From Octopus vulgaris (taxonomy: Eukaryota), in contig OX597823.1 of NCBI GenBank assembly GCA_951406725.2, positions 71,796,001-71,860,000 on the forward strand: a stretch of DNA of 64,000 nt, given 5' to 3'. Below the pieces are notes generated by a model. That model was given only the letters and a program-made list of their open reading frames with translations. It searched no databases and had not been told where the DNA came from. Positions 1 through 14,069 of this stretch are shown piece after piece (positions within the stretch are counted from its first letter, which is position 1; every line of letters begins with the position of its first letter). Both the position numbers and the translations under genes were made by a program.

Positions 1-501
1 AATTAAGTCGATTATATTGACCCCAATGCGTAACTGGTCCTTATTTAATCGATCCCGAAAGGATTAAAGGCAAAATCGACCTCGGCGGAATTTGAACTCA
101 GAACGTAACGGCAGACGAAATACGGCTACGTATTTCGCCCGGGGTGCTAACGTTTCTGCCAGCTCGCCGCCTTCACTTTAACAAGAATATTCTACATGTG
201 ACTTGCACCACATGATTATGCCTGCATCAAGTTGACCAATAGCTTATGAGGGAAAAAGAAACCTCTCCCTCCACCCCCCAAGATATGCTATTTTTGTTAA
301 TAATTTTTCCTTAGATTTGCATAACTGGAGATAGTAGATATGATAGGTAGTACAAAGAATATCTGATCAGTTAAACATATTAAAATTGAGTTGATGTGCC
401 CAAGGTGTCTAAGTAAAATTGAATGTCGTTAGGTAAAGCGTAACATTCGTTTTCCTTGGTTAATTTGGATTACATATTGGAAATGGTAACTCAGCAAATG
501 T

Positions 502-735
502 GAAGGCGGCGAGCTGGCAGAATCGTTAGCATGCCGGGCCAAATGCGTAGCCGTATTTCGTCTGCCGTTACGTTCTGAGTTCAAATTCAGTCGAGATCGA
601 CTTTGCCTTTCATCCTCTCGGGGTCGATTAAATAAGTACCAGTTACGCACTGGGTCGATATAATCGACTTAATCCGTTTGTCTGTCCTTGTTTGTCCTCC
701 CTGTGTTTAGCCCCTTGTGGGTAGTAAAGAAATAA
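502..735 (+). mobile_element. tRNA-derived SINE family A, full length with 16-bp TSD
   Basis: AAGGCGGCGAGCTGGCAGAA...GAGTTCAAATTC (B-box-like)...GCCTTTCATCCT...AAGTACCAG...TAAAGAAATA. TSD GTAACTCAGCAAATGT at 486-501 and 736-751. Other copies at about 1-173(-), 13795-14012(-), 26031-26225(+), 27241-27350(+), 28169-28355(+), 32573-32646(+), 34530-34735(+), 40995-41225(-), 50073-50460(+), 50515-50636(-). Confidence 0.9.
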
Positions 736-2020
736 GTAACTCAGCAAATGTTACATACCAGATTGGCTGACTGGTGATTGCAGAATGGTATATGATACAA
801 TCGAAAGATAATACACGGGACCTAGAGACCGTGTATTGTTTTTAATGGTATCATATACTAAGGAAAGTTCTTGAGGAGAACTTCATTTAGAATAAGCACT
901 TCTTCGGGATCAGAGATATTTTCATGTTCCATTTCATGTGGACTCTGGTATCAAGGAAATTACTTAGCTTGTATAAACTTGAATATTAACGAAGACAATC
1001 CTCCTTACTCAACTGGATGTGTAAGTGCCATCATGAGAGTAATACGATTAGGAATGTTTACACGGTTTCATTTAGGCATAGATTCACTTTTGCTCAAGCT
1101 TTGTTTTAAATTTTGCTAATTCATATAGATTTAATATTCCCTCATTTCGACGTTTTCCTTCTGGAATTTTATTATTTTTTATTTTCATTTTAGTTTTATT
1201 TCACTTCTAAGATAGCGAGGTATGCCGCACTAAGTTGCGCTTAATGCATATATATATTTTTCTATATTTGTTAAAATATTTTCCGAATCAATTAATAACA
1301 TTTCAGATGTCCGACCAAAATCGAAGAATATTCGATTTTTTCAGGAAATAAAAACTTAAATATTAAATCAATTTCAAATTTGATAGGGATCAACAGAATC
1401 CGCCAAACAGTTTTGTATAAGTGAGGCAAATGGTAAAACACTGAAAATAAGCAAGGAAAAAATATCAAAGCCAGTCGAGGAACAGATCACGCATGCGTAG
1501 TATGTAAAATTACTGCATACGTAGTAATATAAGCAATGAACACGCTCTATTATTTTCGATAAAAGATAAAATTTAAAAAGGATTGCTTATAGACATTTTT
1601 GCTATACGATTAGAAGTAAAAAAAATTTTATCCAATCAACATGACGAACCAGGCATTTAAACAACTACAACATGCATTTTAGCTTTCTGCAGACTATCAA
1701 ATTGCACGGCAAAAACTGATCAATCGATAAGAAAACTGCACAAAATATTGTGTTCAAATTTAATGTTTCCCCGTGTCCCAATTACTTACATTTCTAATCT
1801 GTGCCTGTTTGTGTGTGTGGGGTTCCATACGCGCGAGAGTGTGTGCGTGTGCGTGCGTGCGTGCATGTGTCTGTGTGTGTTTTACGATGTTTTTTCTATT
1901 CTTTGAAACCAATGTTTAATACTAATGAAACAAATTTGTTCATGAAAGAAGTCAAAGAGAACTTTTATGTCAAAAACAGAAAATTAGTTGCAGAGTCAAA
2001 AACATCTAAAGATCGAATCA

Positions 2021-2056
<36 letters not shown>

Positions 2057-2058
2057 AA

Positions 2059-2094
<36 letters not shown>

Positions 2095-2216
2095 GCTTAA
2101 TGTGAGATCTGTTATAATCATTACTATACATGCATGCATGTATACATACTTAATACATACATACATACATACATACATACATACATACATACATACATAC
2201 ATACATACATACATAC

Positions 2217-2760
2217 AAGGATAACCCCTAGGACAAAGAAATAAGAACCCACAATAGGGTGGAAGCCATAGCCACTCAGTACAAAGGAGTACTGGAGAAA
2301 TGTCTCAGTGAAAACCTCAATAAAATGTACACACAACAAACCTGACATAATGATTTTGGATGGGGAAGAGAAACTGTGTTGTACAGGTCAGGAAATCAGC
2401 TGCCCAGCGTAAGTTAACATAAAGCTGAAGATCAGTGAAAAAGAGAATACCTACACTACACTACTGAGAAATTTGTAGTTACTCAATCCAGATTTCAAGT
2501 TCAGGTGTGTACCTATAATTATTAGGGCACTGGGATATGTAGCACTCTGCCTAAATACCAATCTCGTAGAATTAGGTTTCTCGGAACCAGCAAAGAGAAA
2601 GCTGATTCGAAGGCTACAGATTTGAACTTTAAAAATCTGTAAACTTTTCCAGAAGTTTATCATTTAAGTATATACGAGCATGTACAGATATACAAGTATA
2701 TACATGAGAAAGCATACATAAAACAAGACATACAAATCTGCACAGAGACACACATGCATA
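2217..2760 (+). mobile_element. RLE-type LINE 3' fragment embedded in (TACA)n
   Basis: Frameshifted HNKPDIMILD...EISCPA..VNIKLKISEKENTY...VPIIIRALGYV...ELGFSEPAKRKLIRRLQI. (TACA)n on both sides. Confidence 0.8.
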
Positions 2761-2849
2761 CATACATACATACATACATACATACATACATACATACATA
2801 CATACATACATACATACATACATACATACATACCAACATACATATGTGG

Positions 2850-3140
2850 CTGTATATTTATCTTTGAGTTTAATCTAAGTTATTCTTCAGAGAGTTTAAG
2901 CCGGTCGCTAACAAAGCGACAAGAAATTTAGAGTTAAGAGAGTTCCCGGTGTTTATAAATACGTGGTTGTGTTAGTGTGTTGGTTGGACTGTCGGCGCAT
3001 ACACCCATCTCTGATGCAGAATTTTTGGAATGTCTTAAAGATCTTGGTTGTGCCACTGATAGATTGGATTTGGGGAATCCGCGTCAATTTATTTTGCTCT
3101 TTCTCTGTGAAGCCGAGTATTTCTAGGTATTTATGCATAT
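2850..3140 (-). mobile_element. Second RLE-type LINE C-terminal fragment, tail-to-tail with the previous one
   Basis: ORF 2953-3138 KYLEILGFTEKEQNKLTRIPQIQSISGTTKIFKTFQKF is homologous to the C-terminus of the 2217-2760 fragment. Confidence 0.7.
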
Positions 3141-3226
3141 TTGTTGTATGTATGTATGTATGTATGTATGTATGTATGTATGTATGTATGTATGTATGTA
3201 TGTATGTATGTGTGTCTGTCTATCTG

Positions 3227-3275
<49 letters not shown>

Positions 3276-3582
3276 TCCTCTTTTTTCATTTTTCTTTTCT
3301 TTTGTTCCTTTTCCCTTTTCCTTTTTTCTTTTCCTTTTTTCTTGTTCTTTTTTCCCTTTTACGATCCCTTTTGATCGAAAACCTACGTCACCTTTTTTTT
3401 TCATCCTCCAAAAGAAAAGCTCTACCTTGTAACTTGTCTCATCTGTGTGCAGCCCTGTGTGGCCAATAAAGAAACTTATCTATCTGTATGAATGAATACT
3501 AGTTGTAGTACGTCTCAGACTGTGCTCATACGTACATATGCTTGAACTGTAGGAACGTAGGCATACACTGACACACACACAC

Positions 3583-3616
<34 letters not shown>

Positions 3617-4434
3617 GTGCGTGTGCGTGTATGTGTATGTGTATCCAAGCAGAACGTAAATACGTACTAAATTAGGTGGATGTATCCATGCGCAGATGTA
3701 AATGTAAAAAAGTGAAGCGAAAAATAATCCCCCCTTTGAGCTACTAATTGAGGGTAAATATTTATATTCACAGCAATCCAGTTTTATCCCTTTTTTACAA
3801 TTCCCTTCTCATTTCGTGACTACAACGCTATATAAATATTGAGTCGTACAACAATTTACGATGCTTGCATAAATACACGGCTGACAGTTTTTATTGTACT
3901 GTTCATACTAACACATCAACTAACAACATTAATGTTATCGATTTATCACTGTTCCTTGTTAATATAACCATATATGATAACGCTTTATCATGTCTGTTTC
4001 GTAATTTTAAGGTTTTATTTCATTCATACATTCATACTCGTATATTTTTTATAACATCTTTATTTTTACATGTTCCTAGAACCTCTAAGATAACTTGTAC
4101 AACCAAACGATTACATGCAAAATACAAGTATGTGACGGTCCCTAACACTATTCCATTGGGATCCAGCATTATATTTAAACACTCCCGCTTTTTCTTTCCT
4201 TAACGACTCGATTCCATAGCTTGCACTGTTTTTAATATTCACAGCCCTTCGCGAATCGATATGTAACTCGGAGTTACGACTAATGAAGCTACAGCTTATG
4301 TGAACTACGATCATATTCTACAGTACGTAGGGATTACACTGTCCAATTCTCCATGACATAACACACCTATATACTCATATATGCATGGAATTTTCTTTAC
4401 GTTCCCTTCCATATTTAATTTTTTACACTATGTC

Positions 4435-4857
4435 GGGATCTTTTCGGTTTGAACGGCAGTTTTTTCTATCAGTGTCATATGAAATTGTCACACATAATTA
4501 TGACCCTATTGCATTTCAATCTGTTTTAGGGTTAGGGTTAGTTAGGGTTAGGGTTAGGGGTGGAGGAAGGGTATCTTTTTTCTTCAGAAATGTAAATAAA
4601 CCCAATCTGTTTCTTAAACGAGGGACATATTCATACGGCATAGAATGTTTTCACCTCAAATAGATGTCATTGATTGGTTGAAATTGCAGAAATTGAAGAA
4701 AAACAACAACAAATATCTTACAAACTATAGAATTTTCTCAATAAACCCAAGAGATAAAGATGTTTTATAAATATATTCTACCAGTATACGAAGTTTAAAA
4801 GTGTTTAGTTACGTGGAAATTATTTTTAAAAACTGCCGTTCAAACCGAAAAGACCCC
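4435..4857. mobile_element. Non-autonomous DNA transposon with about 30-bp TIRs and internal TTAGGG repeats
   Basis: GGGATCTTTTCGGTTTGAACGGCAGTTTTT / AAAAACTGCCGTTCAAACCGAAAAGACCCC. Flanks TATGTC / AATGTC are a possible 6-bp TSD. Confidence 0.85.
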
Positions 4858-5862
4858 AATGTCAAATTCTGTAACTCCCATTTTGTTTCTAATTTAAATT
4901 AATATCTATTTGACATGATATAACCACAGATAACTACAATTCGTCAAAACCCTGTTTATTAATAATTATTAAAATCAATATATCTTAAGTCGGTTTGTTT
5001 GTCATTAAATTTGTCTTAAGTCGGTATTCAATTATTATAAATCCCCTCGTATTAATATCCATCTACTGTCTTCCTCCGACGCGTTTTCTAATGTCTAACG
5101 ATTACCTCCCTTCTTTTATAAAAGCTACGAACTTAGGAAATGTTTTTTCCATGTCTTCCTCATTCATAAATTCCTTCCATTTGAATTACTTAGCATTTCT
5201 TTACCAAAGTGCCAGCCTTTATATGCATCACATGTCCATCGCTATAATCTATACTCCCCTAGCTTCGAATTCTTTCAACCGAGAACTCGATAACAATACC
5301 AGATGTGCATTGCTCAAAGCACACAACGTGCCGACCAGTTCAGGAATCGAACCCACGAATGTCAGCGTAACACTACTTGACCACTTAGCCACGCGCCTTC
5401 ACACTCACACACACAAATATATATTTATATACGCTCGCACACACGCACGCACGCAGCAGATACGGTGGCATATAAGTAGATATATAGATAGATACAAAGG
5501 GAAAGAAAGAAGCGTGCTATAAAAATCGGACGACCAAAACAAAAATTGCACGAAAACATAAAAAATAAAGGGGGAAAAAGAAAGAAAGAAAGAAAGAAAG
5601 AAAGAACGAAAGAAAGAAAGAACATCAACACTTGAATGCATTTGTCATGAAAATATTTAAATACAACAGAAAGTCTATGGGATAAACTTAATGAATGGCG
5701 GAGATGTTGGTTTTATACAAGTATAGCTAGTATGGCGGTGTCGTCTGCTAAGGTTGAGCTTGTTTTTCTGTTTAACATTCATCATCACGAATGAATTTTC
5801 CCTTGAAGAGCTTTTACTGCCGATCATCTAAGCTTCATGCATCATTACTTATTTTTCACACA

Positions 5863-5946
<84 letters not shown>

Positions 5947-6169
5947 CTTTTACATTCTATCTAAATACCTGTCTATACCTATTAACATATGTAACTATCT
6001 ATCTACTAAAATATCCAGCTTACGAGTTATTTCTTTCACTTAAACATACAAAAACCGACACGCTTCAATGCTCAATAAACCGTTTACACTCGCTACATTT
6101 CTCTCCTCTCGCCCTCTCACTCTCTATCTGTCTCTCTTTTTCTTTCTTCGAGTGTGTATATGTATATAT

Positions 6170-6223
<54 letters not shown>

Positions 6224-6553
6224 CACATACACACAAACGCACATATCCGTGTATATATATATATATATATGTCTTTGTGTGTATGATTAAGTGTGTATAT
6301 ACAAGTATAAATATATGTCATACATGCACACAAATATATCATATATACATACATACACACATTCACACATATAATGAGCATATATGTGTATTATATATTA
6401 TATATTTATATACTAGATTTATAATATATTCATTATACATCATCTGTCTGTCTGTTTGCCTGTCTCCGTCTCTCTTTCTCTCTCTATATATATATCTATA
6501 TATTTGTATATATATATTTATATATATATATATATATATATACATACATATAC

Positions 6554-6588
<35 letters not shown>

Positions 6589-6599
6589 CATACATATAC

Positions 6600-6641
<42 letters not shown>

Positions 6642-7032
6642 GAAATGAATAAATACATATGTACATATATATACTCACTAGATACATAAGTGCAATCAGT
6701 TCAAGAGCCTTACGGAAAAACGCAGTCATGTGTGCATAAATGATACGGCTTGATAGTTTTTAGCAAGAGATGGCTGGAACCCTTTGATGACCTGCTTTCA
6801 CCTTATGTTTTCCAATCAACTGTTAAGACTTGTGAAAGCTGGATAGGAAATCTTGTTTTGTGTTCTTGCACAGCTCGATGTATACGAGATTGCTTAGGGA
6901 ATATACTTACAGTACATATTCGTGGTTAAAGCAACAGCACGAGAACAATCATTAAAGGAAAAGAGACTGGGACGTAGGAGAATAAGGGAAGTAGGAAGAG
7001 AAGAAAGGAAGAAAAAAATAAACAAGTACAGC

Positions 7033-7096
<64 letters not shown>

Positions 7097-7458
7097 GCAG
7101 GAAAAAGAAAGGTAGCGATAAGGTAGGTGAAGACAGCAGCGTGTAAGAAATAAAGGTAAACCAAAGTAGGAAACATCGAAAAGCGAAAAAGTTAAGCAAA
7201 GAATTGGAGGACAAAAATAGCAGAAATGTTTAGAATGGTTTCAGAGAATAGCTTGCCGACCGACAGATCTCTTGTTCGTACCCCGTTACCAACTTTGTGT
7301 TTTATCTCAGGGTAACACACTTTAACTCAATTGGGGTCTATATCATTCTTCGGAGTCCTTATAAGATTTTGTCGTTAAAATTTACGTACAATAAATTGGG
7401 TATACTTCTACAATGCAGAAAATATATCAACAATTTTTAAATACATTTCCTAGACGTT

Positions 7459-7593
7459 GGAGTGGCTGTGTGGTAAGTAGCTTCCTTAAGAACCACATGG
7501 TTCCGGGTTCAGTCCTTGGGCAAGTATCTTCTACAATAGCCTCGGGCCGACCAAAGCCTTATGGTAGACGGAAACTGAAAGAGGCCCGTCATA

Positions 7594-7660
<67 letters not shown>

Positions 7661-7850
7661 TTGTGCTTGTCCCCCCAACATCGCTTGACAACTGATGCTG
7701 GTGTGTTTACGTCCCCGTAACTTAGCGGTTCGGCAAAATAACCCGATAGAATAAGTGCTAGGCTTACAAAGAATAAGTCCTGGGATCGAATTGTTCGACT
7801 AAAGGCGGCGCTCCAGCATGGCCGCACTCAAACGACCGAGACAAGTAAAA
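7459..7850 (+). mobile_element. tRNA-derived SINE family B (CORE-like motif CCTTGGGCAAGT, internal TA/TG microsatellite)
   Basis: GGAGTGGCTGTGTGGTAAGTAGCTT...GGTTCAGTCC...CCTTGGGCAAGT...GGTAGACGGAAACTGAAAG...TCCAGCATGGCCGCA. Other copies at about 18511-19200(+), 35594-35760(+), 19700-19915(+), 12095-12330(-), 15840-15995(-), 42325-42480(-), 51430-51760(-). Confidence 0.85.
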
Positions 7851-8568
7851 GAATACACAGTTATCTGTGCGTGTACATATTTTCTATGTAAGCACGTAAA
7901 AGAGTAATAATGTTTAATCATAAAAATATATGGATTTAAACATCAAATGGTTATGAGACTCCATCTGAGTGAGATAGGAACCAAGAGGGTGCACAGGACA
8001 AAAATGGTTGGGAACCATTGCTTTAACTAAAAATAATCTAATGCATGAAGCTACCGTCGACATATAATGGTAAAGACCACTGCTTTGGGAAAACTAGGGT
8101 GCAGTAAAAATGCAATATTTTTATTAGTCTGTGTTGATGAGATTGAATTGTCAGTGATTAGATACTATATCTCTCAAGACGAAAGTTTCAAACACTAAAT
8201 AGCATAAAATAATGAAGAAAAAGAAAAGGAAGCAAATGAAATGTTTAACCTCTCACACTCTACTGAATATACAAATATGAATAAAATTATAGTGTTCCTC
8301 AATTTTCTCTATTCTGCTGCCATCGACACATAGAACACAGGACAGTCAGACAATGCGGAGGCCGCATGCTTAATAGCAGATAGACAAAGCCTCAACAGGA
8401 AACGTGGAGTAAACAGCATTCCACTATTACTACGCAACCTGACGACTAAAGATAGAATGAGGAAAGATAAGTGAGTAAATAAAAGAGACGGGTATGAAGA
8501 CCGTAATAAACAAACCTTTATGCACGCACACAAGACACACATGCACATACAAAAGACGGATTGAGATC

Positions 8569-8639
<71 letters not shown>

Positions 8640-8758
8640 TATTATTATTATAATAATAATGATAATAATAATAATGAAGTAAAGATCAAATAAATAGAGC
8701 AGATGTTTGACTGACAAAAAATGACCATCCCCAAATATAACAATATATATAGATACAC

Positions 8759-8902
<144 letters not shown>

Positions 8903-8903
8903 G

Positions 8904-8993
<90 letters not shown>

Positions 8994-9200
8994 GGTCTGT
9001 CTATGTAAATAAGCGCGAAACCACGATGATATCTCGGGTCATTGACTGACTTGGAAATCAGAGCTGCGAATTTTCCGCGTAACGTGTTTTCGCCTGATTT
9101 TGCGTCTGTTAAGTTTTCGTCCAGCTTTCCGTTTGCTCTGTTTTCGTTTAATTTTTCTCTTTTCTTTTCTCTTTGCTGTGTTTTTTCTTTTTAGCCCTCC

Positions 9201-9287
<87 letters not shown>

Positions 9288-9377
9288 CATCCGTCTGTCT
9301 ATCTGCCTGTCTGTCTATCTATCTGTTTGTCTGTCTCTATGTATGTATGTATGTATGTATCTATCTATCTATCATCA

Positions 9378-9410
<33 letters not shown>

Positions 9411-10382
9411 ATTTACTTATGATTTAGTAGGTATTTACACACACACACACACACATATATATAAGTGTGTATGTACGTAAGTAGTGACTTCAAAACTATA
9501 CATAAATGACACAACACATATATTCCCATACATGTAACAGACCGAAAGGAAGTTTTACTACAGCCAACCGCTCCTTTATAATAAACGTTTGTGCTTTTGT
9601 CATATAACTTTTCTTAAGATCGTATATCAACTGGCTGAACTGCGATACATATGAAAATAACAATATCACATTGCTTAATAAAAGATTACACGAAATCGAA
9701 ATATACTGAATTTGCTTTGTCTCCTCATCACACACACACCTTTCTCCTCCACCGAACCGGAGACAACTTGGCTGAAACTCGGAAGATTAAAAGGACGTTT
9801 GTAAAATGATTTGATATAAAAATGTCACCAGTCACAGCAGAACTGATGGAGCGGCAATCAACCCGCTGCGCAAATCTGTTGGCCTATAATTTACTCTTAG
9901 TAAATCCTTTCTCAAATGCTTATGAAAACGATCGACTGGTTCTTAGCGGAAGACCAATATTTCCACATCAAAAACAAGGCGATATAATTAAATTAAAAAA
10001 TATGTACAAATAGCGTCTACTGAAATCTAAGTATAATTTTGATATCTTTGATTTTTGCGCCATTTTTCTTGCTTTCATAACCGTTCTTCTCTCCGTCTCG
10101 AACAACAACATACACTCCAACATATAAAAAACTTTCCTCCGTCCCCAACGGACATTATCAATCATTTTTTTTTTTACTTTCTCTCTTTATTTCTCCATTA
10201 CTTTTTCTCTCTTAGGCATATCTAGATAGTACATCACTTTCAATATATACTTGGTCTCACTATCCTTCTTGTTGTCTCTCTCTTCTTACACTGGACACAC
10301 AAACACACACACACACACTAGCACGCTATTTGCTATCGCTTCCACCCTTATTGCATCTTCTCTCTCTCTGTCTCTCCCTCCC

Positions 10383-10438
<56 letters not shown>

Positions 10439-10448
10439 CATACATACA

Positions 10449-10523
<75 letters not shown>

Positions 10524-10778
10524 GTTGTTCGCTACCTCGCTACCTATCAGAGCACTTACTATTTATTTGGTCATTGCTTCTGACATGACTTGCTACTTTA
10601 TAATCGGAGATATGCAAATGGGATCAAGCAATTAGAGAACCGCCTGGTCTGTCGTTTGTCGTTACAAACCAGAATAAAGCGAAGCGTTGTCACTCAACCC
10701 CGTGAAACGACCACCGGCTACCATCCACAACCACCGTCGCCACCACCGTCGCCGCCACCACCACCACCACCACCACCA

Positions 10779-10841
<63 letters not shown>

Positions 10842-12179
10842 GTTGCTGCTGCTGCTGCTGTTGTAGGTGGTGCTTGATCTTGTATTCAGGAATATTTACT
10901 GTAGGAAGTGCCCATTAACACTGTTCATCGGCGGCAGATTCATTTCAAGTGGTACAGGAAATATAAGTTTAAAAAAAACAACAAAAAAATATGTGGAGGG
11001 GTCGGGGGGAGGGAAGAAGCGAAAGGGAGAAAAGAGAGATACCTTTGATCCTATCTAACTAAGTTATTGTTTTGTATATATGTGTATATATATGTCTGTC
11101 TACATGTCTGTGTGCTATTGTATATGTATGTATTTATGTATATATGTGTGTATCTGTGTATACGCATATTCATAAGTACTATACACACATATGTATATAT
11201 ATATATATATATATGCATGCATATATAATATGTATGCATAGAGATGTGTTTGTATGTATATGCATATACACGCATATGTATATGTATGTTTGTAAGCATA
11301 TATATATATATATATTAAGGGTATCTAAAAGATACCACTGTGCTAGAGATAGCCGTCAAAACTTGACTCTAAACATCACTCTAACTCTAACATAGTGATA
11401 TCTTTTAGATACCTTTAATTATAATTTTAATAATAATTATTACCAATAAGGTTTTTATTCCTATGCTGGCCACTTGATATGATCGGTATTTTAAATAACG
11501 ATCTTATCCTTATATGAATTTATACACACACACACACACACACAGACACACACATATACACACACATACACACACACACACATATATGTATATATGTATA
11601 TAAACAGCAGTTTGATACGTTACACCATAAAGGAGAATTATAGTTGTCACTTAATGTGACTAGGGTGTTAGAAACACTTTCATTACTAAAAATAAGAGCT
11701 AAAATGCTCTTAGGTAATAATTATTAAATATTGTCGACGCACATAAATGTAAGCATATTTACTAACAAGGACCTTAATCGTCCGAAAAATGCCAATCGAC
11801 AATTCTTAATACTGACATCAGTTTCGGCAACTTCCGTTTCTTCATCAGTTAAGACTGGCTTGAATTTCGGCTCTTTTCGGATTCGCTTCGCTATTAGTAA
11901 ATATGTTTACGTCATTCAAACAATGCACGATTCAGAGATTCGCTAATGTGTATGTATAGAATTAATATATACAGCAGGCTGCAATGTTTCACCAAAAGGG
12001 AGAATTACAAACGTCACTAAATGTAACTAGGGTCTTAGAATCCTTAGCTGAATGAATGAACCTCAGTTTTTTTTGAAAGTCTTGCACATTATATCGATAT
12101 ATTTTGCCGAACCACTAAGTTACGTGGACGTAAACACACTAACGCCGGCCGTCAAGAGGAGGTGGGGAACAAACTCAGA

Positions 12180-12249
<70 letters not shown>

Positions 12250-12540
12250 GCTTCTTTCAGTTTTCGTCTATCAAATCAACTCACATGGTTTTGGTCGGCT
12301 CGAGGCTATAGTAGAAGACACTTGCCGAAGGTACCTCATATAATAGGGGTTTTTAAGACATTGAATGGCTGTTGAGGTCCAGTAAAGTAAAACAGGAACC
12401 AGAGGGGTCTATAGCTGAAAATGGTTGAGAAGCACTCAAATGGTTAAATTTACTTTGCTGAACTAGTTAAACATTCGAAGATTCTAATGAGTAAACTTTA
12501 TTGAATATACAAGTGCTTGCATGCACACACATACACACAC

Positions 12541-12845
12541 TCGATTGATCGACCCATTCACTCACTCGATCGATCGATCCATCGATCCATCCACCCATCC
12601 ATCGATCCATCGATTCATCAATCCATCCATCCATCCACTCCTGTTAGTCTGTCTCTGTCTGTCTGTCTGTCTGTCTCACTCTCGCCTTCTCTCTCTCTCT
12701 CTGTCTCTCCATCGATTCATCCATCGATCCATCGATCCATCCATCAATCCATCCAGTCTGTCCGTCCATCCGTCCGCCTGTCCGTCTGTCTGCCTGACCA
12801 TACGTCCATCTGTCTGGCTGTTTGTTTGTCAGTCTCTGTCCGTCC

Positions 12846-12888
<43 letters not shown>

Positions 12889-13116
12889 CCCATCGATTCA
12901 TCTATCCATCAATCCATTCAGTCTGTCTGACTCTCCGTCTGTCTGTCTGACTCTCGTCCGTGTGTCTGACTGTCCGTCCGTCTGTCTGACTGTCCGTCTG
13001 TCTGTCTGTCTGACCGTCCGTCTGTCTAACTGTCCGTCTATCTACTTGTCCGATCGTTCCTCCGTCCGTTTGTCTGTCTGACTGTCGGTCCGTTCGTCTG
13101 TCTGTCTGATTGTCTG

Positions 13117-13152
<36 letters not shown>

Positions 13153-13217
13153 CTCTTTGTCTCTCCGTCACTGTCTATCTGTCCCCCACTCTCTATTTCT
13201 GTCTGTCTGTCTGTCAG

Positions 13218-13270
<53 letters not shown>
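12541..13270. repeat. Compound low-complexity satellite (TCCA/TCGA/TCTG/TCCG/TC)
   Basis: Degenerate tetranucleotide arrays; these generate the spurious ORFs 12517-13171. Confidence 0.9.
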
Positions 13271-14069
13271 GTGTGTATGTGTGTGTTTACATGAGTGCAT
13301 TCATTTATAAATATTAAATATATTGCTATATAAATACTCAACGCAGTGAGTAAGTACAATGTCACCACCGAAGCGAAATGTTCAGAAATCCGTAACGAAA
13401 ACAAGCGAAGAATATATTATGTGATATTGATTAATAATATTTTTCTCTTTTACTTACAACAAAATTATTTGTAGTAAGCGTTTTACTGTTCCATGTATAT
13501 AAACTGCAAACAACACTTTAACAAAATGAAACCCCACTCTCACTCTGGATATTGCTTCTGAAGATAAAGTATCATTACCTCCCCTTCTCGCTTCATGCTA
13601 CCCACCACCGTGAAGCAGTAACAGATACAGGCGATTCAATAGTTAACCAGAAAACACACACCACACATGCATGTAAGCATGCAATCGTGTGCGTGCAAGC
13701 ATGAGGCTTGTTAGGAAGAAACTTTCATTAGAAAAATAACCGGTCATAAAGTTAGACGAAACGGTATTGGACGAAATGATAGTAATGGTTTCAAATATCG
13801 GTACAAGGCCAGTCATTTCGGGCGAGGTGTAAGTCGATTACATGGCCGCTCCCCCCCCCCCCAGTGCTCAGATGGTTCTTATTCTATCGACCTCGAAAGG
13901 ATGAAAGGCAAAGCTGACCCCGGAAGAATTTGAACTCAGAATGTGAAGGCGGACGAATTGCCGCTAAGCATTTTGCCCGGCGCGGTAACGATTCTGCTCG
14001 CTCACCGCCTTAAAAGCGAGCTGATAATAATAATATATAATAAGTTGCTTCCACCGCAAATACACACAT

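Noticed and set aside
4526-4560. Telomere or chromosome-fusion scar
   Set aside because: It is short and lies inside a TIR element.
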